From Callorhinchus milii (Eukaryota): a stretch of DNA of 64,000 bases. The stretch's first letter is position 1; the number at the start of each line of letters is the position of its first letter. This document shows, piece after piece, positions 1 to 12,573 of this stretch. The notes below the pieces were generated by a model. The model saw only the letters and a program-made list of their open reading frames with translations. It searched no databases and was not told the origin of the DNA. Where the stretch lies: assembly GCF_018977255.1 (NCBI RefSeq), contig NW_024704743.1:46936001-47000000 (forward strand), written 5' to 3'. The position numbers and the translations under genes are program-made.

Positions 1-1177
1 CCCAATCTTGGGCCCAATCTTGGGCCCAATCTTGGGCCCAATCTTGGGCCCAATCTTGGGCCCAATCTTGGGCCCAATCTTGGGCCCAATCTTGGGCCCA
101 ATCTTGGGCCCAATCTTGGGCCCAATCTTGGGCCCAATCTTGGGCCCAATCTTGGGCCCAATCTTGGGCCCAATCTTGGGCCCAATCTTGGGCCCAATCT
201 TGGGCCCAATCTTGGGCCCAATCTTGGGCCCAATCTTGGGCCCAATCTTGGGCCCAATCTTGGGCCCAATCTTGGGCCCAATCTTGGGCCCAATCTTGGG
301 CCCAATCTTGGGCCCAATCTTGGGCCCAATCTTGGGCCCAATCTTGGGCCCAATCTTGGGCCCAATCTTGGGCCCAATCTTGGGCCCAATCTTGGGCCCA
401 ATCTTGGGCCCAATCTTGGGCCCAATCTTGGGCCCAATCTTGGGCCCAATCTTGGCCCAATCTTGGGCCCAATCTTGGGCCCAATCTTGGGCCCAATCTT
501 GGGCCCAATCTTGGGCCCAATCTTGGGCCCAATCTTGGGCCCAATCTTGGGCCCAATCTTGGCCCAATCTTGGGCCCAATCTTGGGCCCAATCTTGGGCC
601 CAATCTTGGGCCCAATCTTGGGCCCAATCTTGGGCCCAATCTTGGGCCAATCTTGGGCCCAATCTTGGGCCCAATCTTGGGCCCAATCTTGGGCCCAATC
701 TTGGGCCCAATCTTGGGCCCAATCTTGGGCCCAATCTTGGGCCCAATCTTGGGCCCAATCTTGGGCCCAATCTTGGGCCCAATCTTGGGCCCAATCTTGG
801 GCCCAATCTTGGGCCCAATCTTGGGCCCAATCTTGGGCCCAATCTTGGGCCCAATCTTGGGCCCAATCTTGGGCCCAATCTTGGGCCCAATCTTGGGCCC
901 AATCTTGGGCCCAATCTTGGGCCCAATCTTGGGCCCAATCTTGGGCCCAATCTTGGGCCCAATCTTGGGCCCAATCTTGGGCCCAATCTTGGGCCCAATC
1001 TTGGGCCCAATCTTGGGCCCAATCTTGGGCCCAATCTTGGGCCCAATCTTGGGCCCAATCTTGGGCCCAATCTTGGGCCCAATCTTGGGCCCAATCTTGG
1101 GCCCAATCTTGGGCCCAATCTTGGGCCCAATCTTGGGCCCAATCTTGGGCCCAATGCTCTGGCCAATCTTGGGCCAA
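1..1177 (+). repeat. 12-bp tandem array (CCCAATCTTGGG)n, ~98 units, open at the window start
   Basis: Directly visible 12-bp periodicity with occasional 1-bp deletions; degenerate last units join ACCTCACTCC at 1178. Confidence 0.99.
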
Positions 1178-1569
1178 ACCTCACTCCAAAAGGCGCTGAA
1201 ACCCTGGTCCATGCCTTTGTCAACTCTCGGCTGCACTATTCAAATGCTCTCTTTGTGTGTCTCCCCTCCACTATCATTCACAAAATCCATGTCATCCAAA
1301 ACTCTGCCGCCCTCATTCTTACCCGCACCAAACTCTGCTCCTGATTACCCCAGTCCTTGCCAGACTGCACTGGCTGCCTGTCCCAGAGAAGATCGACTTT
1401 AAGATCCTCACCCTTGTCTTCAAATCCCTCCACTCCTCTCACCCCCTACCTCTCTGACCGGGAATGGCCTCCTCCTCGTCCTCCGCTCCACCCTCGGCGG
1501 CCATGCCTTCAGCCACTATGCCCCGAGTCTCTGGAACTTCCTTCCTCACTCCCTTCACCTCACCTCACC
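1178..1569 (+). mobile_element. L2-clade LINE 3' ORF2 fragment (module B, copy 1)
   Basis: Translates to [24 protein letters not shown]...[13 protein letters not shown]...IDFKIL...GGHAFS...LWN, typical of the L2 ORF2 C-terminal region; frameshifted. Confidence 0.9.
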
Positions 1570-2845
1570 TAGATCATTGATGTAGATGGTAAATAGCTGA
1601 GGCCCAAGGACTGATCCTTGTGGCACTCCAATAGTCACATCCAGCCAATCTGAAAAGGACCCGTTTATCCCTACTCTTTGTTTCCTACCCATTAACCATT
1701 CTCCAATCCACTTTAATATGCACCTCCCAATTCCATGGGCCCTTATCTTTTGGACTAACCTTTTATGCGGCACCTTAACGAATGCCTTCTGGAAGTCCAA
1801 TAGACCACATCTACTGATTCACCCTATCTAGTTTACTCGAAATATCCTCAGAAAACTCTATGAGATTTGTCAAACATGACTTCCCTTTTGTAAAGCCATG
1901 TTGACTTGGCCTAATTATATTGTGCTTCCCTAAATACCGCACTACCACATCCTTAATCAATGATTCTAAAATTTTTCCTATCACTGATGCGAGACTTACT
2001 GGCCTATAGTTTCCCATCTTTTCCTTTCCACCTTTTTTAAATAGTGCTGTGACATTTGCGATCTTCCAATCCATGGGGACTGTTCCAAAATCCAAGGAAT
2101 TTTGGAAGATCAGACATAAGGCCTCCACTATCTCATAAACTACCTCTTTAAAACCCTGGATGCAAGCCATCCGGACCAGGGAACTTGTTACTTTTTTGTG
2201 CTAACAATTTCTCCAACACCAATTCTCTGCTGATGAAATTTCCCTAAGTTGCTCCCTGTCCTTATCCCTTTGGTGCATCTCTATTCTTGGCAGCCCTGTT
2301 GTGTCTTATAGCGTGAAGACACATGCAAAGTACCCATTCAGGGACACTGCCATGTCCTTGTCTGTCCCCCATTACAACTTCTCCCGTCTCTGACTGAAGT
2401 GGACCTACATTTACCCTCACTAGCCTATTCCTCTTAATATATTTGTACAGTCAGACTGAATGTTCCTAGCTAGCTTACCCTCATCCTCCTTTTTCTCGCT
2501 CTTAATGAGATTTTTGGTTTTATTTTGCTGGTTTCTAAAACTCTCCCAATCTTCAGATTTGCCGCTTTTCTTGGCAGTTTTATGAGCCTTTTCTTTTAAT
2601 TTGATGCATTCCCTAACAGCTCTCGTTAGCCACGGATGAATTGCTTTCCCTGTGGGACTCTTATTCCGCAAGGGAATATGCGACCGCTTAGAATTTTGCA
2701 CTACATCCTTAAATATTTGCCACTGTTGTTCTACATTTTTACCTGTTAATCTTATTCTCCAGTCTATTTTACCTAAATCTTTCCTCATACCTACAAAATT
2801 AGCCCTATTTATATTCAGAATACTTGGCTCGGATTTATTCTGGTT
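1566..2845 (-). mobile_element. CR1-type LINE ORF2 fragment (module C, copy 1)
   Basis: Minus-strand ORFs carry [54 protein letters not shown] and YINDL; cut just before the FADD motif; frameshifted. Confidence 0.93.
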
Positions 2846-3750
2846 GATTTATATTACATGGTGAAGACACTAGTAAACCACTTTTAATTTCCATTAATCA
2901 TCTGAAGTAGAAATTTATGTGCTATTGAAAACCACTGTCTGCACCTTATCATCTGAGTTAGTCTCAATAATAACATCAAAGAGCCCACTGTACTGTTTTC
3001 ACTTTAATGCATTCATACTGTCACTTGGCTTAAGATAAAGCTTATTTTCTCTTTAAACAAAACTTCTTATATAAAAGTGTGTTTCTCTTCACTACATCAG
3101 AAAGTTCTCTTGACCTATAAAAGGTCATTTTCAGCAATTCTGAATAAAATGCTTATTTTAGCTGCTAAAAAACAGCTTTTGGCACTATTTTGTAAACATG
3201 TGTTTAGGGCTCTCTCTACTGGACATATCACAGTAGTGCCTTACCTGAGTTATTACTTGATCTGACTAAACAATAAGCAAAGGAAGATTCAAGCCCTCGT
3301 TCCTCTATTTGAGTAAAGAAAAACTGACTTTTGAACAGTTGGCAGATCTTGCATTAATGATCTTTTCACACTTCATTTCAAGCCAATCAAACTCTATCAA
3401 TATTGAGCATGATGATAGCTGAACAAGAGTTTTGCAAACAAGATTCAGGGAGGAGGCGCTCTGCAAGTTATGTGGGAAGAAATTGCACCCAAGTCTATTG
3501 ACTCTATTTCCATTACATTTCATAATTTGGCAGGTTGTTTAATTCCGTTTTAAATTTGAAACAGATTTTCTATAGTTCTTAAGAGAAGAATGTGAGTTCA
3601 AGCTCCATGTCAGGACAACAATTGCATATATATGGACCGTGGTACAGATATGACTCGTATACAGCATTTGTGCAGCACCATATGGAAAAAGATGTAAGAA
3701 TGATTTGAGTGGCCATATTTCATGGCTTGTTTTCTTTATCTCTTAATGTA

Positions 3751-4083
3751 TCTTGGGCCCAATCTTGGGCCAATCTTGGGCCCAATCTTGGGCCCAATCT
3801 TGGGCCCAATCTTGGGCCCAATCTTGGGCCCATCTTGGGCCAATCTTGGGCCCAATCTTGGGCCCAATCTTGGGCCCAATCTTGGGCCCAATCTTGGGCC
3901 CAATCTTGGGCCCAATCTTGGGCCCAATCTTGGGCCCAATCTTGGGCCCAATCTTGGGCCCAATCTTGGGCCCAATCTTGGGCCCCAATCTTGGGCCCAA
4001 TCTTGGGCCAATCTTGGGCCCAATCTTGGGCCCAATCTTGGGCCCAATCTTGGGCCCAATCTTGGGCCCAACCTTGGGCCCAT
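3751..4083 (+). repeat. 12-bp array (CCCAATCTTGGG)n, ~28 units
   Basis: Visible periodicity between cassette copies 1 and 2. Confidence 0.99.
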
Positions 4084-6658
4084 ACCTCACTCCAAAAGCC
4101 GCTGAAATCCTGGTCCATGCCTTTGTCAACTCTCGGCTGCACTATTCAAATGCTCTCTTTGTGTGTCTCCCCTCCACTATCATTCACAAAATCCATGTCA
4201 TCCAAAACTCTGCCGCCCTCATTCTTACCCGCACCAAACTCTGCTCCCTGATTACCCAGTCCTTGCCAGACTGCACTGGCTGCCTGTCCAGAGAAGATCG
4301 ACTTTAAGATCCTCACCCTTGTCTTCAAATCCCTCCACTCCTCTCACCCCTACCTCTCTGACCGGGAATGGCCTCCTCCTCGTCCTCCGCTCCACCCTCG
4401 GCGGCCATGCCTTCAGCCACTATGCCCCGAGTCTCTGGAACTTCCTTCCTCACTCCCTTCACCTCACCTCACCTAGATCATTGATGTAGATGGTAAATAG
4501 CTGAGGCCCAAGGAACTGATCCTTGTGGCACTCCAATAGTCACATCCAGCCAATCTGAAAAGGACCCGTTTATCCCTACTCTTTGTTTCCTACCCATTAA
4601 CCATTCTCCAATCCACTTTAATATGCACCTCCCAATTCCATGGGCCCTTATCTTTTGGACTAACCTTTTATGCGGCACCTTAACGAATGCCTTCTGGAAG
4701 TCCAATAGACCACATCTACTGATTCACCCCTATCTAGTTTACTCGAAATATCCTCAGAAAACTCTATGAGATTTGTCAAACATGACTTCCCTTTTGTAAA
4801 GCCATGTTGACTTGGCCTAATTATATTGTGCTTCCCTAAATACCGCACTACCACATCCTTAATCAATGATTCTAAAATTTTTCCTATCACTGATGCGAGA
4901 CTTACTGGCCTATAGTTTCCCATCTTTTCCTTTCCACCTTTTTTAAATAGTGCTGTGACATTTGCGATCTTCCAATCCATGGGGACTGTTCCAAAATCCA
5001 AGGAATTTTGGAAGATCAGACATAAGGCCTCCACTATCTCATAAACTACCTCTTTTAAAACCCTGGATGCAAGCCATCCGGACCAGGGAACTTGTTACTT
5101 TTTGTGCTAACAATTTCTCCAACACCAATTCTCTGCTGATGAAAATTTCCCTAAGTTGCTCCCTGTCCTTATCCCTTTGGTGCATCTCTATTCTTGGCAG
5201 CCCTGTTGTGTCTTATAGCGTGAAGACACATGCAAAGTACCCATTCAGGGACACTGCCATGTCCTTGTCTGTCCCCCATTACAACTTCTCCCGTCTCTGA
5301 CTGAAGTGGACCTACATTTACCCTCACTAGCCTATTCCTCTTAATATATTTGTACAGTCAGACTGAATGTTCCTAGCTAGCTTACCCTCATCCTCCTTTT
5401 TCTCGCTCTTAATGAGATTTTTGGTTTTATTTTGCTGGTTTCTAAAACTCTCCCAATCTTCAGATTTGCCGCTTTTCTTGGCAGTTTTATGAGCCTTTTC
5501 TTTTAATTTGATGCATTCCCTAACAGCTCTCGTTAGCCACGGATGAATTGCTTTCCCTGTGGGACTCTTATTCCGCAAGGGAATATGCGACCGCTTAGAA
5601 TTTTGCACTACATCCTTAAATATTTGCCACTGTTGTTCTACATTTTTACCTGTTAATCTTATTCTCCAGTCTATTTTACCTAAATCTTTCCTCATACCTA
5701 CAAAATTAGCCCTATTTATATTCAGAATACTTGGCTCGGATTTATTCTGGTTGATTTATATTACATGGTGAAGACACTAGTAAACCACTTTTAATTTCCA
5801 TTAATCATCTGAAGTAGAAATTTATGTGCTATTGAAAACCACTGTCTGCACCTTATCATCTGAGTTAGTCTCAATAATAACATCAAAGAGCCCACTGTAC
5901 TGTTTTCACTTTAATGCATTCATACTGTCACTTGGCTTAAGATAAAGCTTATTTTCTCTTTAAACAAAACTTCTTATATAAAAGTGTGTTTCTCTTCACT
6001 ACATCAGAAAGTTCTCTTGACCTATAAAAGGTCATTTTCAGCAATTCTGAATAAAATGCTTATTTTAGCTGCTAAAAAACAGCTTTTGGCACTATTTTGT
6101 AAACATGTGTTTAGGGCTCTCTCTACTGGACATATCACAGTAGTGCCTTACCTGAGTTATTACTTGATCTGACTAAACAATAAGCAAAGGAAGATTCAAG
6201 CCCTCGTTCCTCTATTTGAGTAAAGAAAAACTGACTTTTGAACAGTTGGCAGATCTTGCATTAATGATCTTTTCACACTTCATTTCAAGCCATTCAAACT
6301 CTATCAATATTGAGCATGATGATAGCTGAACAAGAGTTTTGCAAAACAAGATTCAGGGAGGAGGCGCTCTGCAAGTTATGTGGGAAGAAATTGCACCCAA
6401 GTCTATTGACTCTATTTCCATTACATTTCATAATTTGGCAGGTTGTTTAATTCCGTTTTAAATTTGAAACAGATTTTCTATAGTTCTTAAGAGAAGAATG
6501 TGAGTTCAAGCTCCATGTCAGGACAACAATTGCATATATATGGACCGTGGTACAGATATGACTCGTATACAGCATTTGTGCAGCACCATATGGAAAAAGA
6601 AGTAAGAATGATTTGAGTGGCCATATTTCATTGCTTGTTTTCTTTATCTCTTAATGTA
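4084..6658 (+). repeat. Composite cassette copy 2 (L2 fragment +, CR1 fragment -, AT-rich module D)
   Basis: Near-identical to 1178-3750; differences are mostly single-base indels. Confidence 0.97.
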
Positions 6659-7920
6659 TCTTGGGCCCAATCTTGGGCCCAATCTTGGGCCCAATCTTGG
6701 GCCCAATCTTGGGCCCAATCTTGGGCCCAATCTTGGGCCCAATCTTGGGCCCAATCTTGGGCCCAATCTTGGGCCCAATCTTGGGCCCAATCTTGGGCCC
6801 AATCTTGGGCCCAATCTTGGGCCCAATCTTGGGCCCAATCTTGGGCCCAATCTTGGGCCCAATCTTGGGCCCAATCTTGGGCCCAATCTTGGGCCCAATC
6901 TTGGGCCCAATCTTGGGCCCAATCTTGGGCCCAATCTTGGGCCCAATCTTGGGCCCAATCTTGGGCCCAATCTTGGGCCCAATCTTGGGCCCAATCTTGG
7001 CCCAATCTTGGGCCCAATCTTGGGCCCAATCTTGGGCCCAATCTTGGGCCCAATCTTGGGCCCAATCTTGGGCCCAATCTTGGGCCCAATCTTGGCCAAT
7101 CTTGGGCCCAATCTTGGCCCAATCTTGGGCCCAATCTTGGGCCCAATCTTGGGCCCAATCTTGGGCCCAATCTTGGGCCCAATCTTGGGCCCAATCTTGG
7201 GCCCAATCTTGGGCCCAATCTTGGGCCCAATCTTGGGCCCAATCTTGGGCCCAATCTTGGGCCCAATCTTGGCCAATCTTGGGCCCAATCTTGGGCCCAA
7301 TCTTGGGCCCAATCTGGGCCCAATCTTGGGCCCAATCTTGGGCCCAATCTTGGGCCCAATCTTGGGCCCAATCTTGGGCCCAATCTTGGGCCCAATCTTG
7401 GGCCCAATCTTGGGCCCAATCTTGGGCCCAATCTTGGGCCCAATCTTGGCCCAATCTTGGGCCCAATCTTGGGCCCAATCTTGGGCCCAATCTTGGGCCC
7501 AATCTTGGGCCCAATCTTGGCCCAATCTTGGGCCCAATCTTGGGCCCAATCTTGGGCCCAATCTTGGGCCCAATCTTGGGCCCAATCTTGGGCCCAATCT
7601 TGGGCCCAATCTTGGGCCCAATCTTGGGCCCAATCTTGGGCCCAATCTTGGGCCCAATCTTGGGCCCAATCTTGGGCCCAATCTTGGGCCCAATCTTGGG
7701 CCCAATCTTGGGCCCAATCTTGGGCCCAATCTTGGGCCCAATCTTGGGCCCAATCTTGGGCCCAATCTTGGGCCCAATCTTGGGCCAATCTTGGGCCCAA
7801 TCTTGGGCCCAATCTTGGGCCCAATCTTGGGCCCAATCTTGGGCCCAATCTTGGGCCCAATCTTGGGCCCAATCTTGGGCCCAATCTTGGGCCCAATCTT
7901 GGGCCCAACCTTGGGCCCAT
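6659..7920 (+). repeat. 12-bp array (CCCAATCTTGGG)n, ~105 units
   Basis: Visible periodicity; ends CCCAACCTTGGGCCCAT, as the 3751-4083 array does. Confidence 0.99.
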
Positions 7921-10498
7921 ACCTCACTCCAAAAGCCGCTGAAATCCTGGTCCATGCCTTTGTCAACTCTCGGCTGCACTATTCAAATGCTCTCTTTGTG
8001 TGTCTCCCCTCCACTATCATTCACAAAATCCATGTCATCCAAAACTCTGCCGCCCTCATTCTTACCCGCACCAAACTCTGCTCCCTGATTACCCCAGTCC
8101 TTGCCAGACTGCACTGGCTGCCTGTCCCAGAGAAGATCGACTTTAAGATCCTCACCCTTGTCTTCAAATCCCTCCACTCCTCTCACCCCCTACCTCTCTG
8201 ACCGGGAATGGCCTCCTCCTCGTCCTCCGCTCCACCCTCGGCGGCCATGCCTTCAGCCACTATGCCCCGAGTCTCTGGAACTTCCTTCCTCACTCCCTTC
8301 ACCTCACCTCACCTAGATCATTGATGTAGATGGTAAATAGCTGAGGCCCAAGGACTGATCCTTGTGGCACTCCAATAGTCACATCCAGCCAATCTGAAAA
8401 GGACCCGTTTATCCCTACTCTTTGTTTCCTACCCATTAACCATTCTCCAATCCACTTTAATATGCACCTCCCAATTCCATGGGCCCTTATCTTTTGGACT
8501 AACCTTTTATGCGGCACCTTAACGAATGCCTTCTGGAAGTCCAATAGACCACATCTACTGATTCACCCCTATCTAGTTTACTCGAAATATCCTCAGAAAA
8601 CTCTATGAGATTTGTCAAACATGACTTCCCTTTTGTAAAGCCATGTTGACTTGGCCTAATTATATTGTGCTTCCCTAAATACCGCACTACCACATCCTTA
8701 ATCAATGATTCTAAAATTTTTCCTATCACTGATGCGAGACTTACTGGCCTATAGTTTCCCATCTTTTCCTTTCCACCTTTTTTAAATAGTGCTGTGACAT
8801 TTGCGATCTTCCAATCCATGGGGACTGTTCCAAAATCCAAGGAATTTTGGAAGATCAGACATAAGGCCTCCACTATCTCATAAACTACCTCTTTTAAAAC
8901 CCTGGATGCAAGCCATCCGGACCAGGGAACTTGTTACTTTTTAGTGCTAACAATTTCTCCAACACCAATTCTCTGCTGATGAAAATTTCCCTAAGTTGCT
9001 CCCTGTCCTTATCCCTTTGGTGCATCTCTATTCTTGGCAGCCCTGTTGTGTCTTATAGCGTGAAGACACATGCAAAGTACCCATTCAGGGACACTGCCAT
9101 GTCCTTGTCTGTCCCCCATTACAACTTCTCCCGTCTCTGACTGAAGTGGACCTACATTTACCCTCACTAGCCTATTCCTCTTAATATATTTGTACAGTCA
9201 GACTGAATGTTCCTAGCTAGCTTACCCTCATCCTCCTTTTTCTCGCTCTTAATGAGATTTTTGGTTTTATTTTGCTGGTTTCTAAAACTCTCCCAATCTT
9301 CAGATTTGCCGCTTTTCTTGGCAGTTTTATGAGCCTTTTCTTTTAATTTGATGCATTCCCTAACAGCTCTCGTTAGCCACGGATGAATTGCTTTCCCTGT
9401 GGGACTCTTATTCCGCAAGGGAATATGCGACCGCTTAGAATTTTGCACTACATCCTTAAATATTTGCCACTGTTGTTCTACATTTTTACCTGTTAATCTT
9501 ATTCTCCAGTCTATTTTACCTAAATCTTTCCTCATACCTACAAAATTAGCCCTATTTATATTCAGAATACTTGGCTCGGATTTATTCTGGTTGATTTATA
9601 TTACATGGTGAAGACACTAGTAAACCACTTTTAATTTCCATTAATCATCTGAAGTAGAAATTTATGTGCTATTGAAAACCACTGTCTGCACCTTATCATC
9701 TGAGTTAGTCTCAATAATAACATCAAAGAGCCCACTGTACTGTTTTCACTTTAATGCATTCATACTGTCACTTGGCTTAAGATAAAGCTTATTTTCTCTT
9801 TAAACAAAACTTCTTATATAAAAGTGTGTTTCTCTTCACTACATCAGAAAGTTCTCTTGACCTATAAAAGGTCATTTTCAGCAATTCTGAATAAAATGCT
9901 TATTTTAGCTGCTAAAAAACAGCTTTTGGCACTATTTTGTAAACATGTGTTTAGGGCTCTCTCTACTGGACATATCACAGTAGTGCCTTACCTGAGTTAT
10001 TACTTGATCTGACTAAACAATAAGCAAAGGAAGATTCAAGCCCTCGTTCCTCTATTTGAGTAAAGAAAAACTGACTTTTGAACAGTTGGCAGATCTTGCA
10101 TTAATGATCTTTTCACACTTCATTTCAAGCCATTCAAACTCTATCAATATTGAGCATGATGATAGCTGAACAAGAGTTTTGCAAAACAAGATTCAGGGAG
10201 GAGGCGCTCTGCAAGTTATGTGGGAAGAAATTGCACCCAAGTCTATTGACTCTATTTCCATTACATTTCATAATTTGGCAGGTTGTTTAATTCCGTTTTA
10301 AATTTGAAACAGATTTTCTATAGTTCTTAAGAGAAGAATGTGAGTTCAAGCTCCATGTCAGGACAACAATTGCATATATATGGACCGTGGTACAGATATG
10401 ACTCGTATACAGCATTTGTGCAGCACCATATGGAAAAAGATGTAAGAATGATTTGAGTGGCCATATTTCATGGCTTGTTTTCTTTATCTCTTAATGTA
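7921..10498 (+). repeat. Composite cassette copy 3
   Basis: Near-identical to copies 1 and 2. Confidence 0.97.
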
Positions 10499-11160
10499 TC
10501 ATGGGCCCGATCTTGGGCCCGATCTTGGGCCCGATCTTGGGCCCGATCTTGGGCCCGATCTTGGGCCCGATCTTGGGCCCGATCTTGGGCCCGATCTTGG
10601 GCCCCATCTTGGGCCCCATCTTGGGCCCCATCTTGGGCCCCATCTTGGGCCCCATCTTGGGCCCCATCTTGGGCCCCATCTTGGGCCCCATCTTGGGCCC
10701 CATCTTGGGCCCCATCTTGGGCCCCATCTTGGGCCCCATCTTGGGCCCCATCTTGGGCCCCATCTTGGGCCCCATCTTGGGCCCCATCTTGGGCCCCATC
10801 TTGGGCCCCATCTTGGGCCCCATCTTGGGCCCCATCTTGGGCCCCATCTTGGGCCCCATCTTGGGCCCATCTTGGGCCCCATCTTGGGCCCCATCTTGGG
10901 CCCCATCTTGGGCCCCATCTTGGGCCCCATCTTGGGCCCCATCTTGGGCCCCATCTTGGCCCCATCTTGGGCCCCATCTTGGGCCCCATCTTGGGCCCCA
11001 TCTTGGGCCCCATCTTGGGCCCCACCTTGGGCCCCAACCTTGGGCCCCAACCTTGGGCCCCAACCTTGGGCCCCAACCTTGGGCCCCAACCTTGGGCCCC
11101 AACCTTGGGCCCCATCTTGGGCCCCATCTTGGGCCCCATCTTGGGCCCCATCTTGGGCCA
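10499..11160 (+). repeat. Variant array with blocks of CTTGGGCCCGAT, CTTGGGCCCCAT and the 13-mer CTTGGGCCCCAAC
   Basis: Directly read: ~8 GAT units, a long CAT block, ~6 13-mers, then CAT units again. Confidence 0.98.
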
Positions 11161-12438
11161 GCTTACCCTCATCCTCCTTTTTCTCGCTCTTAATGAGATT
11201 TTTGTTTTATTTTGCTGGTTTCTAAAACTCTCCCAATCTTCAGATTTGCCGCTTTTCTTGGCAGTTTTATAAGCCTTTTCTTTTAATTTGATGCATTCCC
11301 TAACAGCGCTCGTTAGCCACGGATGAATTGCTTTCCCTGTAGTACTCTTATTCCGCAAGGGAATATGCGACCGCTTAGAATTTTGCACTACAGCCTTAAA
11401 TATTTGCCACTGTTGTTCTACATTTTTACCTCTTAATCTTATTCTCCAGTCTATTTTACCTAAATCTTTCCTCATACCTACAAAATTAGCCCTATTTATA
11501 TTCAGAATACTTGGCTCGGATTTATTCTGGTTGATTTATATTACATGGTGAAGACACTAGTAAACCACTTTTAATTTCCATTAATCATCTGAAGTAGAAA
11601 TTTATGTGCTATTGAAAACCACTGTCTGCACCTTATCATCTGAGTTAGTCTCAATAATAACATCAAAGAGCCCACTGTACTGTTTTCACTTTAATGCATT
11701 CATACTGTCACTTGGCTTAAGATAAAGCTTATTTTCTCTTTAAACAAAACTTCTTATATAAAAGTGTGTTTCTCTTCACTACATCAGAAAGTTCTCTTGA
11801 CCTATAAAAGGTCATTTTCAGCAATTCTGAATAAAATGCTTATTTTAGCTGCTATAAAACAGCTTTTGGCACTATTTTGTAAACATGTGTTTAGGGCTCT
11901 CTCTACTGGACATATCACAGTAGTGCCTTACCTGAGTTATTACTTGATCTGACTAAACAATAAGCAAAGGAAGATTCAAGCCCTCGTTCCTCTACTTGAG
12001 TAAAGAAAAACTGTCTTTTGAACAGTATGCAGATCTTGCATTAATGATCTTTTCACACTTCATTTCAAGCCATTCAAACTCTATCAATATTGAACATGAT
12101 GATAGCTGAACAAGAGTTTTGCAAAGCAAGATTCAGGGAGGAGGCTCTCTGCAAGTTATGTGGGAAGAAATTGCACCCAAGTCTATTTACTCTATTTCCC
12201 TAACATTTCATAATTTGGCAGGTTGTTTAATTCAGTTTTAAATTGGAAACGGATTTTCTATAGTTCTTAAGAGAAGAATGTGAGTTCAAGCTCCATGTCA
12301 GGACAACAATTGCATATATATGGACCGTGGTACAGATATGACTCGTATACAGCATTTGTGCAGCACCATATGGAAAAAGAAGAAAGAATGATTTGAATGG
12401 CCATATTTGATTGCTTGTTTTCTTTATCTCTTAATGTA
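11161..12438 (+). repeat. Truncated cassette: part of the CR1 fragment plus module D
   Basis: Starts at GCTTACCCTCATCC (equivalent to ~2473 in copy 1), lacks module B and most of C, and is more diverged than copies 1-3. Confidence 0.93.
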
Positions 12439-12573
12439 TGTTCGAACCCATCTTGGAACCCATCTTGGAACCCCTCTCGGAACCCCTCTTGGAACCCCTC
12501 TTGAAGCCCCTCTTGGAGCCCCTCTTGGAGCCCCTCTTGGAGCCCCTCTTGGAGCCCCTCTTGGAGCCCCTCT
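12439..12573 (+). repeat. 12-bp array, variants CTTGGAACCCAT / CTTGGAACCCCT / CTTGGAGCCCCT, ~11 units
   Basis: Directly visible. Confidence 0.95.

Larger units (their letters stand above)
1178..3750 (+). repeat. ~2.57 kb composite cassette B+C+D, copy 1
   Basis: Near-identical to 4084-6658 and 7921-10498; the same ORF translations recur; each copy ends ...TCTCTTAATGTA. Confidence 0.97.

Noticed and set aside
1..1177. Canonical telomere or CRISPR array
   Set aside because: No TTAGGG/CCCTAA tract, no unique spacers, no cas genes, and a eukaryotic context. A non-canonical terminal role is left as a hypothesis only.
3576..3693. Exon-like segment in module D (TTTTCTATAG...GAT|GTAAGA)
   Set aside because: Stops in all three frames from this acceptor, donor lost in the ~12380 copy, and no recognisable peptide.
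1178..10498. Single-base indels between cassette copies as biological variants
   Set aside because: Mostly in homopolymers and may be sequencing error, so they were not used as evidence.
8..11475. Long ORFs of GPIL/AQSW/PNLG/GPKI repeats, some fused to LINE peptides
   Set aside because: The 12-bp unit has no stop codon in any of six frames, so long ORFs are automatic; frames switch at 1-bp indels.
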